Positions 7,316 through 14,374 of a DNA stretch of 41,228 bases are shown piece after piece (the first letter of the stretch is position 1; every line of letters begins with the position of its first letter). The notes under the pieces are model-generated. The model had not been told where the DNA came from, searched no databases, and worked only from the letters and a program-made list of their open reading frames with translations. Origin of the DNA: an uncultured Thermoanaerobaculia bacterium. Its GTDB lineage: Bacteria > Acidobacteriota > Thermoanaerobaculia > Thermoanaerobaculales > Sulfomarinibacteraceae. A program made the position numbers and the translations under genes. The stretch is from NCBI GenBank assembly GCA_964497785.1, contig CAZCEX010000001.1, positions 1 to 41,228 on the forward strand, read 5' to 3'.

Positions 7316-9733
7316 TCACCGCCCACGCCGCCACCTCTTCCAGTGCATCCACAATCCCCAGAGGAAGATCACCGGACCGAGGAGGATGGCGCCCCAGAAG
7401 GCGAAGCCGGCGCGATTGGCGAGGTCCTGCATCGGGTTGGCGCCGAATGGGCTGTCGTTGACCTGATAGGTCCAGGTCGATGAGGGGCCGAGCAGGCCCT
7501 CTCGCTGCCAATCAACACCTTTCTCAGTGACCGTGATCCGGTCGAAAAGCTCGACGACACGGCTGTCGATTTCCGGTCGTAGACGCCCGAAAGCCTCGCC
7601 CGCCTCGCGCCAGAACTCTGCGAGGGGATTCTTTCCGGCAACGCCGACAACGTGAATTCCGTCCCGGATTCTGCCGACCTCTTCCAGATGGTCGCTCCAG
7701 GCACGGTCGATGGCGATCAGGGTGAGACGTCGCTCGATCAGGGACAAACCCTCGTCGCCGACGAGGGCCCGAACCGTCTTGGTTCGTTTTGGACGATGTT
7801 CGCTGATGAGGTTCAGGGGGATCAGACCGTCGAGGATGTTCTGCCGCCAACTCTGGATGTGCTGGCGCTGAGTCTCGACGAGGTTCGTATAGTCCCACAA
7901 GCGGCGTCGTACGGTGATGTTTTCGCCTTCGATGATGCGTTGGGCGCGGTCGATTTCACGCCGAAGCACGGCGCTCTCGATCGGCTCTTCCTGTTCCTTC
8001 GGGAGGTAGCGTGGCGCCACCAGGTTGCGCACTCCGTAGCGTGAAATGAGTGGATCCGTCAGGCTGGTGAAAAAACGCGAGGCGCCAGGGTCTCCTTGAC
8101 GTCCGGCTCGCCCACGGAGCTGCTGGTCGATGCGCAGGCTCTCGTGCCGATTCGTACCGATCACGTACAGACCACCAAGCGCGACCACTTCCTCACGATC
8201 GGTTTCGGAAGCGCCGCCGAGGCGGATGTCGGTCCCACGACCGGCCATGTTGGTCGAGATGGTGACCGCCCCTACGGCCCCGGCGTCGGCGATGATCTCG
8301 GCTTCGAGTTCGTCGTTCTTCGCGTTGAGCACCTGACAAGAGACTCCTGCATCGGCGAGTTTTGCCGCAAGCTCCTCAGACTCCGCAACACTGGCCGTAC
8401 CGACCAGGATCGGTCGTCCGGCGTCGTGCACACCGGCGATCTCCCTGACCAGGGCCCGCCGCTTGGCCCGCTTGTGGGTGAAGACCCGGTCAACGTGGTC
8501 GACCCGCCGGCACGGCTGGTGGAACCCAACGACGGTGACCTCGAGGCCGTAGTAACTTTCAAGCTCCTCGGTAGCTGGACGGGCCGTTGCCGTCATGCCG
8601 CACAAACGGTCGTAGGTTGTCAGAAAGTGCTGCATGGTGATCGAGCCGAGCACCTGCCCTTCATCCCCCGGACGGAGTGCTTCCTTGGCTTCGATCGCTG
8701 CCTGTAAGCCGTCCGGCCATTGGCGCCTGTCGGCGACTCGGCCAGTGAAGTCGTCGACCAGCTCGATCGCTCCGCCGCGAACGATGTAGTCGACATCGCG
8801 ATGGATCAGGTTCTCGGCGTGGAGGGCGTTTCTGAGGTGTGCGAGGAAGGCCTGGTTGTCTGGGGCGTAGAGGTTCTCCAGCCCGACGATCTCTTCGACT
8901 CGAGCCGAGCCCTGATCGGTGAGGAATATGTTGTGGCCATGCTCGTCGGTGTCGAAGTCCACGTCCTGCGTCAAGCGCCGGACCAGGTCCGCCATCGCCG
9001 CCAGACCGTCGGCCGGTTCGGTGCAGGCGCCGGCGATGACGAGCGGTATGCGGGCCTCGTCAACGAGGATTGAGTCCGCCTCATCCACCAGGGCAAATGC
9101 AGTGCGCTGCTGGATACGCTGCTCGCCGTCAAGGCAGAGCCGCTCGCGGAGAAAATCGAACCCCGCCTCCCTTGCAGTGAGATAGGTGACGTCGCAGGCA
9201 TAGGCGCGACGCTTCGCCTCGACCGTCATGCCTTCCTGGATGCTGCCGACATCGAGGTTGAAGACCTCGTAGATGGGGCTCATCCATGACGCGTCCCGTC
9301 GTGCGAGGTAGTCGTTTGCAGTCAATACATGAGCCCCAGATCCAGTGAGGGCATTGAGCACGACCGGCGCGACAGCCGCAAGCGTTTTTCCCTCGCCAGT
9401 CTGCATCTCGACGACCCGGCCTCGATGCATGGCGATGCCGGCGATCATCTGTTCGTCATAGGGTCTTTGAGCCAACGTCCGACAGGCCACCTCGCGCACG
9501 AGTGCGAAGGTTTCGCAGAGCAGGTCGTCCGACACCAGAGGTCCTTCGGCCTGGGCGTGGAGCCCTTCGGCTCTACGGAACAGAGTCTGGTCCTCGAGTG
9601 CACCGAGAGAATCCCCGAGGAGATTGATGCGTTCGAGAAGAGAAGTGAACGGGCGGATATCAGTCGCCGCCGTGGCGCCAGTCAAGTTTCCCCAAAGGCG
9701 GTTCAGGGGAGAGGGTTTACTCGGAACGGCCAT
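7316..9733 (-). CDS. secA: SecA-family preprotein translocase ATPase, atypical form with a C-terminal predicted transmembrane helix
   Basis: Motor motifs are complete: MQTGEGKTL (Walker A), LVDEADSILVDEARIPLVI (DEAD), TNMAGRGTDIRLGG, LRGRAGRQGDPG. An HSD-like block follows (IDRAWSDHLEEVGRIRDGI...NPLAEFWRE). It ends ...RAGFAFWGAILLGPVIFLWGLWMHWKRWRRGR*. I chose the start at MAVPSKPS (ATG 9733-9731) because the track's longer ORF (to 9934) would overlap the end of the upstream kinase gene. Confidence 0.85.
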   Translation of the reverse strand: MAVPSKPSPLNRLWGNLTGATAATDIRPFTSLLERINLLGDSLGALEDQTLFRRAEGLHAQAEGPLVSDDLLCETFALVREVACRTLAQRPYDEQMIAGIAMHRGRVVEMQTGEGKTLAAVAPVVLNALTGSGAHVLTANDYLARRDASWMSPIYEVFNLDVGSIQEGMTVEAKRRAYACDVTYLTAREAGFDFLRERLCLDGEQRIQQRTAFALVDEADSILVDEARIPLVIAGACTEPADGLAAMADLVRRLTQDVDFDTDEHGHNIFLTDQGSARVEEIVGLENLYAPDNQAFLAHLRNALHAENLIHRDVDYIVRGGAIELVDDFTGRVADRRQWPDGLQAAIEAKEALRPGDEGQVLGSITMQHFLTTYDRLCGMTATARPATEELESYYGLEVTVVGFHQPCRRVDHVDRVFTHKRAKRRALVREIAGVHDAGRPILVGTASVAESEELAAKLADAGVSCQVLNAKNDELEAEIIADAGAVGAVTISTNMAGRGTDIRLGGASETDREEVVALGGLYVIGTNRHESLRIDQQLRGRAGRQGDPGASRFFTSLTDPLISRYGVRNLVAPRYLPKEQEEPIESAVLRREIDRAQRIIEGENITVRRRLWDYTNLVETQRQHIQSWRQNILDGLIPLNLISEHRPKRTKTVRALVGDEGLSLIERRLTLIAIDRAWSDHLEEVGRIRDGIHVVGVAGKNPLAEFWREAGEAFGRLRPEIDSRVVELFDRITVTEKGVDWQREGLLGPSSTWTYQVNDSPFGANPMQDLANRAGFAFWGAILLGPVIFLWGLWMHWKRWRRGR

Positions 9734-9752
9734 TCGGTGCCCGTATGTTTGC

Positions 9753-11348
9753 TCAATCGCGGTCGAGCGCCTGGCGGACGCGCCGCGCCAATGTGGCCCC
9801 CGAGTAGGGTTTCTCGAGCACCTCATCGGGAGAGAGGGCGAGCAGGTGGTCCGTCGAGTACGTGGTATATCCCGTTGTGAATACGACTCGGGGTTCGTAT
9901 CCCCTTTGGCGCAAGCTTTCCACGAGCTCGACACCGCCCATATTCGGCATGACCAGGTCGGTGAGCACCAGGTCGATGTCTGCGCCGGCCTCGTCCCAGA
10001 TCCGCAGCGCTTCGAGGCCGTCGGAGGCGAACAGGACGGTATATCCTTTGCTGCAAAGCACCGTTTCTACCAGGGTGGACACTGCGGGCTCGTCCTCAAC
10101 GACGAGAATCGTCTCGTCGCCCCCCTCTGCTGTTCCTCGGTTGTTTGTCCGCTCGTGAGACGGGTTTTCGACGGAAAGGGGCAGGACGATTTCGATCGTG
10201 GTTCCCGATCCGACCTGGCTGTGAATTCCGACGGTGCCTTTGGCCTGCTGCACGATTCCGAGGGTCGTCGACAGGCCCAGACCGGTGCCATGCCCGACCT
10301 CCTTCGTCGTGAAGAAGGGGTCGAAGGCGTGGCTGAGCGTCTGTCCGTCCATGCCACTGCCGGTGTCGGAGACGGCCAGCCGGGCATAGGATCCGGGAGG
10401 CAGCCCCTGCGGCGCCGGCTCCGAGGGTGCGATCTTGCTGAGCATGAGCCTGATGGTGCCACCCTCAGGCATGGCATCGCGGGCGTTGGTAACGAGGTTG
10501 ACGACGACCTGCTCGATCTGCCCACTGTCGGCGAGGACCGGCAGTGGGTGCTGATCGAGCTGCACCTCGAGGTGAACGTTCTCACCGATGAGCCGGCTGA
10601 GCATCTTCTCGACCTCGCTGATGATGGAGTTCAGCTCGATGACCTTCGGCTGAACTTTCTGCTTGCGGCTGAACGCCAGGAGCTGGCGTACGAGCGTGGA
10701 TGCCCGTTCTCCCGCTTTGCGAATCTCTGCGACCTGCTCGAGTAGATCGGGTCTCATCGACAGTGACAGCTCGAGCAGCTCACTGTGGCCGACGATCGCA
10801 ACGAGCAGGTTGTTGAAGTCGTGGGCGATGCCACCCGCCAGCAGACCGACCGCCTCCATCTTCTGTGCCAGTCTGTAGCGCTCCTCCAGTTGCTTGCGCT
10901 CGGTGATGTCACGCCACACCACATGGAGGAACCGTTTGGACTGCTTCTCGACCGCCGTCAGGAGGACTTCGACCGGGAAGACCTCGCCGTCCGCCCGGCG
11001 GTGGTGCCATTCGAAGCGGTGATTCCCCTGCTCGAAGGCGGTTCGGATCATTTCGTCGGCCTTCTCCCGCGAGCTTCTGCCGTCTGGCTGGTACGGAGGG
11101 GAGAGCTCAGAAGGATGGGTCTGCAGGACCTGCTGTCGGTCGGAGCAGCGCAGCATCTCCACCGTCGCCTGGTTGCAGTCGACGAACTGTCCGTCTTCGA
11201 TGATCAGGATGGCGTCGGAGGTGTGCTCGAAGAGATCCCGGTAAGGATCCGTCGGTGCTCTCAAGGGATCCGGTTGCAACGGCCTTTCGTTTGATTCAGA
11301 CACCGGCGCTCCAGAGGTGACGCATGAGAGCCAGTATACAAGGGGCAC
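9753..11348 (-). CDS. Hybrid sensor histidine kinase (PAS - HisKA - HATPase_c - receiver)
   Basis: PAS-like N-terminus ([27 protein letters not shown]...). H-box [11 protein letters not shown]. ATPase blocks [11 protein letters not shown] and DTGSGM...GTGLGLS. C-terminal receiver [10 protein letters not shown]...[14 protein letters not shown]. Start is uncertain (GTG 11348 or an internal GTG). Confidence 0.85.
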   Translation of the reverse strand: MPLVYWLSCVTSGAPVSESNERPLQPDPLRAPTDPYRDLFEHTSDAILIIEDGQFVDCNQATVEMLRCSDRQQVLQTHPSELSPPYQPDGRSSREKADEMIRTAFEQGNHRFEWHHRRADGEVFPVEVLLTAVEKQSKRFLHVVWRDITERKQLEERYRLAQKMEAVGLLAGGIAHDFNNLLVAIVGHSELLELSLSMRPDLLEQVAEIRKAGERASTLVRQLLAFSRKQKVQPKVIELNSIISEVEKMLSRLIGENVHLEVQLDQHPLPVLADSGQIEQVVVNLVTNARDAMPEGGTIRLMLSKIAPSEPAPQGLPPGSYARLAVSDTGSGMDGQTLSHAFDPFFTTKEVGHGTGLGLSTTLGIVQQAKGTVGIHSQVGSGTTIEIVLPLSVENPSHERTNNRGTAEGGDETILVVEDEPAVSTLVETVLCSKGYTVLFASDGLEALRIWDEAGADIDLVLTDLVMPNMGGVELVESLRQRGYEPRVVFTTGYTTYSTDHLLALSPDEVLEKPYSGATLARRVRQALDRD

Positions 11349-11380
11349 GAGGCACGGCCGGGTCCCTCCCCAAAAAGGCG

Positions 11381-11419
11381 AACGCCTGGGTCGAAACCCA
11401 GGCGCCGCCGGTGAAAGGG
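11381..11419 (-). terminator. Candidate intrinsic terminator downstream of the repeat-lipoprotein gene
   Basis: Minus strand reads GGCG-G-CGCCTGGGT-TTCG-ACCCAGGCG-TT-CGCC followed directly by TTTTTG. That is a 13-bp GC-rich stem with small bulges plus a T-run, about 45 nt after the stop at 11464. Confidence 0.55.
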
Positions 11420-11463
11420 GGGGGGAGATCCAGACACAATGCCCGGATCAGGAGGAGACAGTT

Positions 11464-11952
11464 TTAGGAGGCAGTCTCTTTCTCGGAGGCTGGCTCGGTG
11501 TTGGACGCCAGCAGGGCTGTTGCGGTCTTCGCGGCCTCGTCAGCTGCTGCGCCGGCGGTTTTGGAGCAACCGCTCTCTGCGTAGGTCGTATCGTAGGCGG
11601 CCTGCTTGGCAGCGGTGGCCGCGGCGCTCGTCGCCGACTTCGAACATCCACTCGCTTCTTGTACGGCGGCGTAGGCGGCCTTGGTGGCCGACTTGGAGCA
11701 GCCGGTCTCGGCGTAGGTGTTCTTGTATGCCGCGGTGGCCATAGCGTCGTTGGCGGCCTTCTGCGCGGTCTTGGCGCATCCGGAGTCGGCCAAGCTTGCG
11801 TCATATGCTGCCTTGGCCGCAGCCTTGGGGCAACAGCCTTCCTTGGCGTCGGCGGTCTTGGCGCCGGCCGCGTCCTTATCGCATGCGACGACGGTACCGG
11901 TGAGTCCTAGGGCGAGGATCGCTACTGCACAGATGAGAAGGGTCTTTTTCAT
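11464..11952 (-). CDS. Ala-rich repeat lipoprotein with one Cys per repeat (function unknown)
   Basis: Start moved to MKKTLLICAVAILALGLTGTVVAC (lipobox-like VVAC), preceded by a perfect AAGGAG RBS. The mature part consists of units ending ...Y-x-x-x-[YLQ]A[ED][ST]G and restarting C[SA]K[ST]A (SGCAKTA, TGCSKSA, SGCSKSA, SGCSKTA), plus an EGCCPK. Confidence 0.75.
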   Translation of the reverse strand: MKKTLLICAVAILALGLTGTVVACDKDAAGAKTADAKEGCCPKAAAKAAYDASLADSGCAKTAQKAANDAMATAAYKNTYAETGCSKSATKAAYAAVQEASGCSKSATSAAATAAKQAAYDTTYAESGCSKTAGAAADEAAKTATALLASNTEPASEKETAS

Positions 11953-11982
11953 TTCGAGTCTCCTTTTTCTTTCTCTAATAAT

Positions 11983-12011
11983 ATTGAAACACATTCCCTT
12001 TTATTTTGCAA
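11983..12011 (-). promoter_or_regulatory. Possible sigma70-type promoter for the repeat-lipoprotein gene, inside an AT-rich island
   Basis: Minus strand reads TTGCAA-N17-TTCAAT, about 30 nt upstream of the RBS. The surrounding ~165 bp (11953-12117) are conspicuously AT-rich compared with the rest of the window. Pattern match only. Confidence 0.25.
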
Positions 12012-12117
12012 CACGTTTTCAACTACGATTGGCTGACCCTGTGGTTTCGCCTTCATGGGGAAGTATTCCGGAGATGGAGAAAAGTTACACTGCGGGTAGA
12101 AATTTTTCTGTTCGCGT

Positions 12118-13983
12118 TCACCATGCTACGCGGAAGCCTGCCGCAAACCTGCGGCCGGGTGCGGGATAGCCGTAGACTTCTGCATAGTCTCGATCGAGGA
12201 GGTTGGTCGCTCGCACCGTCACCTCGATCATCCTCCACGCCTGGCAAGCCAGGGCAAGATTCGCAGTGACAAAGCTCTCCGCAGTGACCGTGGCAAACGA
12301 AGTCGGGTCGACATCTTGGCGGGCGCCGACGTATTGCACGGTGAAATCGCCGCGCAGCCGATCGAAAGCCCTTCCGTGGAGGGTGTAGGCGCCGCTCCAT
12401 TCCGGACGCCTCAGGAGCTGGTCGCCGGACCCATCGGATGTGTCGAGCCATGTGAGGTCGATCGACGACTGGAGATTCTCAGTGTGTGGCACGGCAAGGC
12501 CCGCTTCGACGCCGTTGATCGTCGCTTTACCGACGTTCTGCATTGTATAGCTCGCGAAGTCGAAGAAGATCAGGTTGTCGATCTCGGTCCTGAAGGCGTT
12601 GAGCTGCCAGCTCGGTCCCCGGGGGCCCTTGGCCTGGAAACTGAGCCCGATCTCCGCCGAGCCCGAGGTCTCCGGCCGCAAGTCCTGGTTTCCGGATCCG
12701 GGAAAGTAGAGCTCGCCCAGCGAAGGCTCGCGGAATGCCTCCCCATACCCGACCGTCAGGGCGATTACGTCGCTGAGGCCCCAGCCAATGTGTGCTCGCG
12801 GTGACAGCTGAGAACCCCACTCGTCGGTGTGATCCCATCGGGCCCCGATGATCAGGTCGGTTCGATCGCCCAGGCCCCAGACATCCTGGACGAAGAGGCT
12901 CTCGGTCCTGCCAGTCGCGTCGTCGAGGTTGGTCCCGAAACTGCTCGAGGCGGTGACCGAGTCCTCGCGCCACTCGGCGCCCCACGTGATGGTGTGATGT
13001 GCGATGCCGTGGTGGGACGCCAGGCGAACCTGTGAGGTGTCGGCCACTGTGTGCGACGTCGTCAGGCCAAAAGGGTCGTCGGGGTCGGAAAAATTGAAAT
13101 CGCGCTCGACGAGAGACCCGGTGGCCTCGATTTTCCACTTTTCCGACAGCTGCCACTGGAAAGGAATCGCCAGCGTGCGCTGTTTGTTCGTCTCCCGTCG
13201 CGATGGCGTCGCCTGGCCCGGCGAGGAGTAGGGGATGCCGAGATCTGAGTCGACGTCGTGATAGACGAGCCCTACTCTGCCGCCCTCGGTCCAACTCCAG
13301 CCGGCATCGACAACAGCCTGGCGGATGTCGAAGTCGGAGTTGTTGAGATCTGTGTCGCCGCTGCGAGTCGAAGCCGACGCGTAGAGATCGAACCTCTCGT
13401 GACCGTATGTCATGGAGGCGTCGAGCCGTTGCCCCGATCCGGCGCCAACCTCCCCGAAAGCGGTTCCGTGAAAACCGTTTCGTCCCCGTCCGGTGATGAG
13501 GTTGACCACCCCTCCCACCGCGTCGGCGCCCCACAGTGCCGAATAGGGTCCGCGAGCGACTTCGATGCGGTCGAGACCGCTGGTGACGAGGTGGCTGAAA
13601 TCGTAACCACCGAAATAGGGTGAGTTCAGGCGCACACCGTCGATCATCACCAGGGTGCTGTTCGAGTTGTTGCCGCGGGTGAAGACCGAGGTCAGGGCGC
13701 CGGGACCTCCACTTTGCATGACCACGACTCCTGGGACCCTGCGCAGCATGTCGCCGACCGTATCGGCCTGGGCGTCATCGATCTCCGACCGGGATATGAC
13801 GGTGACGGGCAGTGGGACATCGGCGGTCGATACCGGTTCTCCGATCGCTGTCACGGTGATTTCTTCGGAGAAGGTGGCTTCCTCCTCGGCGGTTGCTCCC
13901 GCAGGCTCGTCGGTCGCTCCTGCAGAAATCGCCAGGAGTGTTGCCAGAAAAAATGCAAAGGGGATGACTCGGCGGACGGACAT
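12118..13983 (-). CDS. btuB: TonB-dependent outer-membrane receptor, BtuB-like (cobalamin uptake inferred from its riboswitch leader)
   Basis: Start set at MSVRRVIPFAFFLATLLAISAGA, with GGGAGG RBS upstream. TonB-box-like EEITVTA. Plug blocks (DMLRRVPGVVV, FTRGNNSNSTLVMIDGVRLN). C-terminal barrel ends ...AAGFRVAW*. The ~620-aa size matches BtuB-class receptors. A cobalamin riboswitch lies immediately 5'. Confidence 0.85.
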   Translation of the reverse strand: MSVRRVIPFAFFLATLLAISAGATDEPAGATAEEEATFSEEITVTAIGEPVSTADVPLPVTVISRSEIDDAQADTVGDMLRRVPGVVVMQSGGPGALTSVFTRGNNSNSTLVMIDGVRLNSPYFGGYDFSHLVTSGLDRIEVARGPYSALWGADAVGGVVNLITGRGRNGFHGTAFGEVGAGSGQRLDASMTYGHERFDLYASASTRSGDTDLNNSDFDIRQAVVDAGWSWTEGGRVGLVYHDVDSDLGIPYSSPGQATPSRRETNKQRTLAIPFQWQLSEKWKIEATGSLVERDFNFSDPDDPFGLTTSHTVADTSQVRLASHHGIAHHTITWGAEWREDSVTASSSFGTNLDDATGRTESLFVQDVWGLGDRTDLIIGARWDHTDEWGSQLSPRAHIGWGLSDVIALTVGYGEAFREPSLGELYFPGSGNQDLRPETSGSAEIGLSFQAKGPRGPSWQLNAFRTEIDNLIFFDFASYTMQNVGKATINGVEAGLAVPHTENLQSSIDLTWLDTSDGSGDQLLRRPEWSGAYTLHGRAFDRLRGDFTVQYVGARQDVDPTSFATVTAESFVTANLALACQAWRMIEVTVRATNLLDRDYAEVYGYPAPGRRFAAGFRVAW

Positions 13984-14002
13984 CGTGAAACCTCCCGTTT
14001 CG

Positions 14003-14236
14003 GCTCGGGGAATGGCAGGTCTCCTGGCTTCCGGATGTGATCTTTTTGGCCCAAGGCCTGAAAGATCCGCCGAACCGCCTCGCCTTCCCAGCTGGGTGTC
14101 ACCCAACCAGTGGCTGGCTCGACTCCGATTGTCGGAGCTCTGCCTCGAGTGGTTCGTCCCCGGTCACAGTGGCGGGGGCCGCGCCGGTTTCACACCGGCT
14201 TCCCTCACCCGACCGAAACGACCGACGGCGCCCGAT
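14003..14236 (-). promoter_or_regulatory. Cobalamin (B12) riboswitch in the leader of the BtuB-like gene
   Basis: Minus strand reads ...GGGTGAGGGAAGCCGGTGTGAAACCGGCGCGGCCCCCGCCACTGTGACCGGGGA...GCCACTGGTTGGG...CTGGGAAGGCG... This is followed by a textbook B12 box AGCCAGGAGACCTGCC (plus-strand 14014-14029), then the GGGAGG RBS and ATG. Confidence 0.9.
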
Positions 14237-14374
14237 TGCGCCTTGAGCCGCCCCGGCGGGCTCAACCATTCCCATTTGTCCCGGTCACAGTAGGTGCCTT
14301 GGGGCCCCGGGTCAAGAGGGCTGTGTTAGTGTTTGGCGGTCTTGGCGATTTATTTGGAGCGGCTCTTCGTGAAA

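Noticed and set aside
7285-7320. GAGTTCGAAGCC, resembling a tRNA T-loop (GTTCGAA), between the TerB and SecA gene ends
   Set aside because: The flanking bases cannot form a 5-bp T-stem, and no acceptor or anticodon arms can be drawn. It is not a tRNA.
9734-9934. N-terminal 67-codon extension of the SecA ORF as given in the track
   Set aside because: It would overlap the 3' end of the histidine kinase gene by ~180 bp and encodes Arg/Ser/Pro-rich sequence unlike any SecA N-terminus. The ATG at 9733 lies 20 bp after the kinase stop.
9624-10745. 373-aa plus-strand ORF; similarly 29645-30892 minus (415 aa), 36472-37491 minus (339 aa), 38610-39539 plus (309 aa), 33980-34765 minus (261 aa), 22364-23170 minus (268 aa), 25049-26200 plus (383 aa), 6762-7511 minus (249 aa), 12527-13534 minus (335 aa)
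   Set aside because: All are antisense or alternate-frame to genes with clear family motifs. Their compositions are dominated by Arg/Gly/Pro/Asp, and no RBS or signal features were seen.
11317-11910. 197-aa plus-strand ORF and several other frames (11439-11744, 11448-11804, 11540-11779, 11717-12169) over the repeat-lipoprotein gene
   Set aside because: These are by-products of the GC-rich GCN-codon repeat DNA. Only the minus-strand frame has a signal peptide, lipobox, strong RBS and terminator.
14237-14374. Possible second riboswitch or leader for the divergent TonB-dependent receptor (a GGTCACAGT string recurs at 14284-14292)
   Set aside because: On the plus strand the region lacks the B12 box and the GGGAAG...GGTG...GCCACTG core. 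The recurrence is a 9-mer only.
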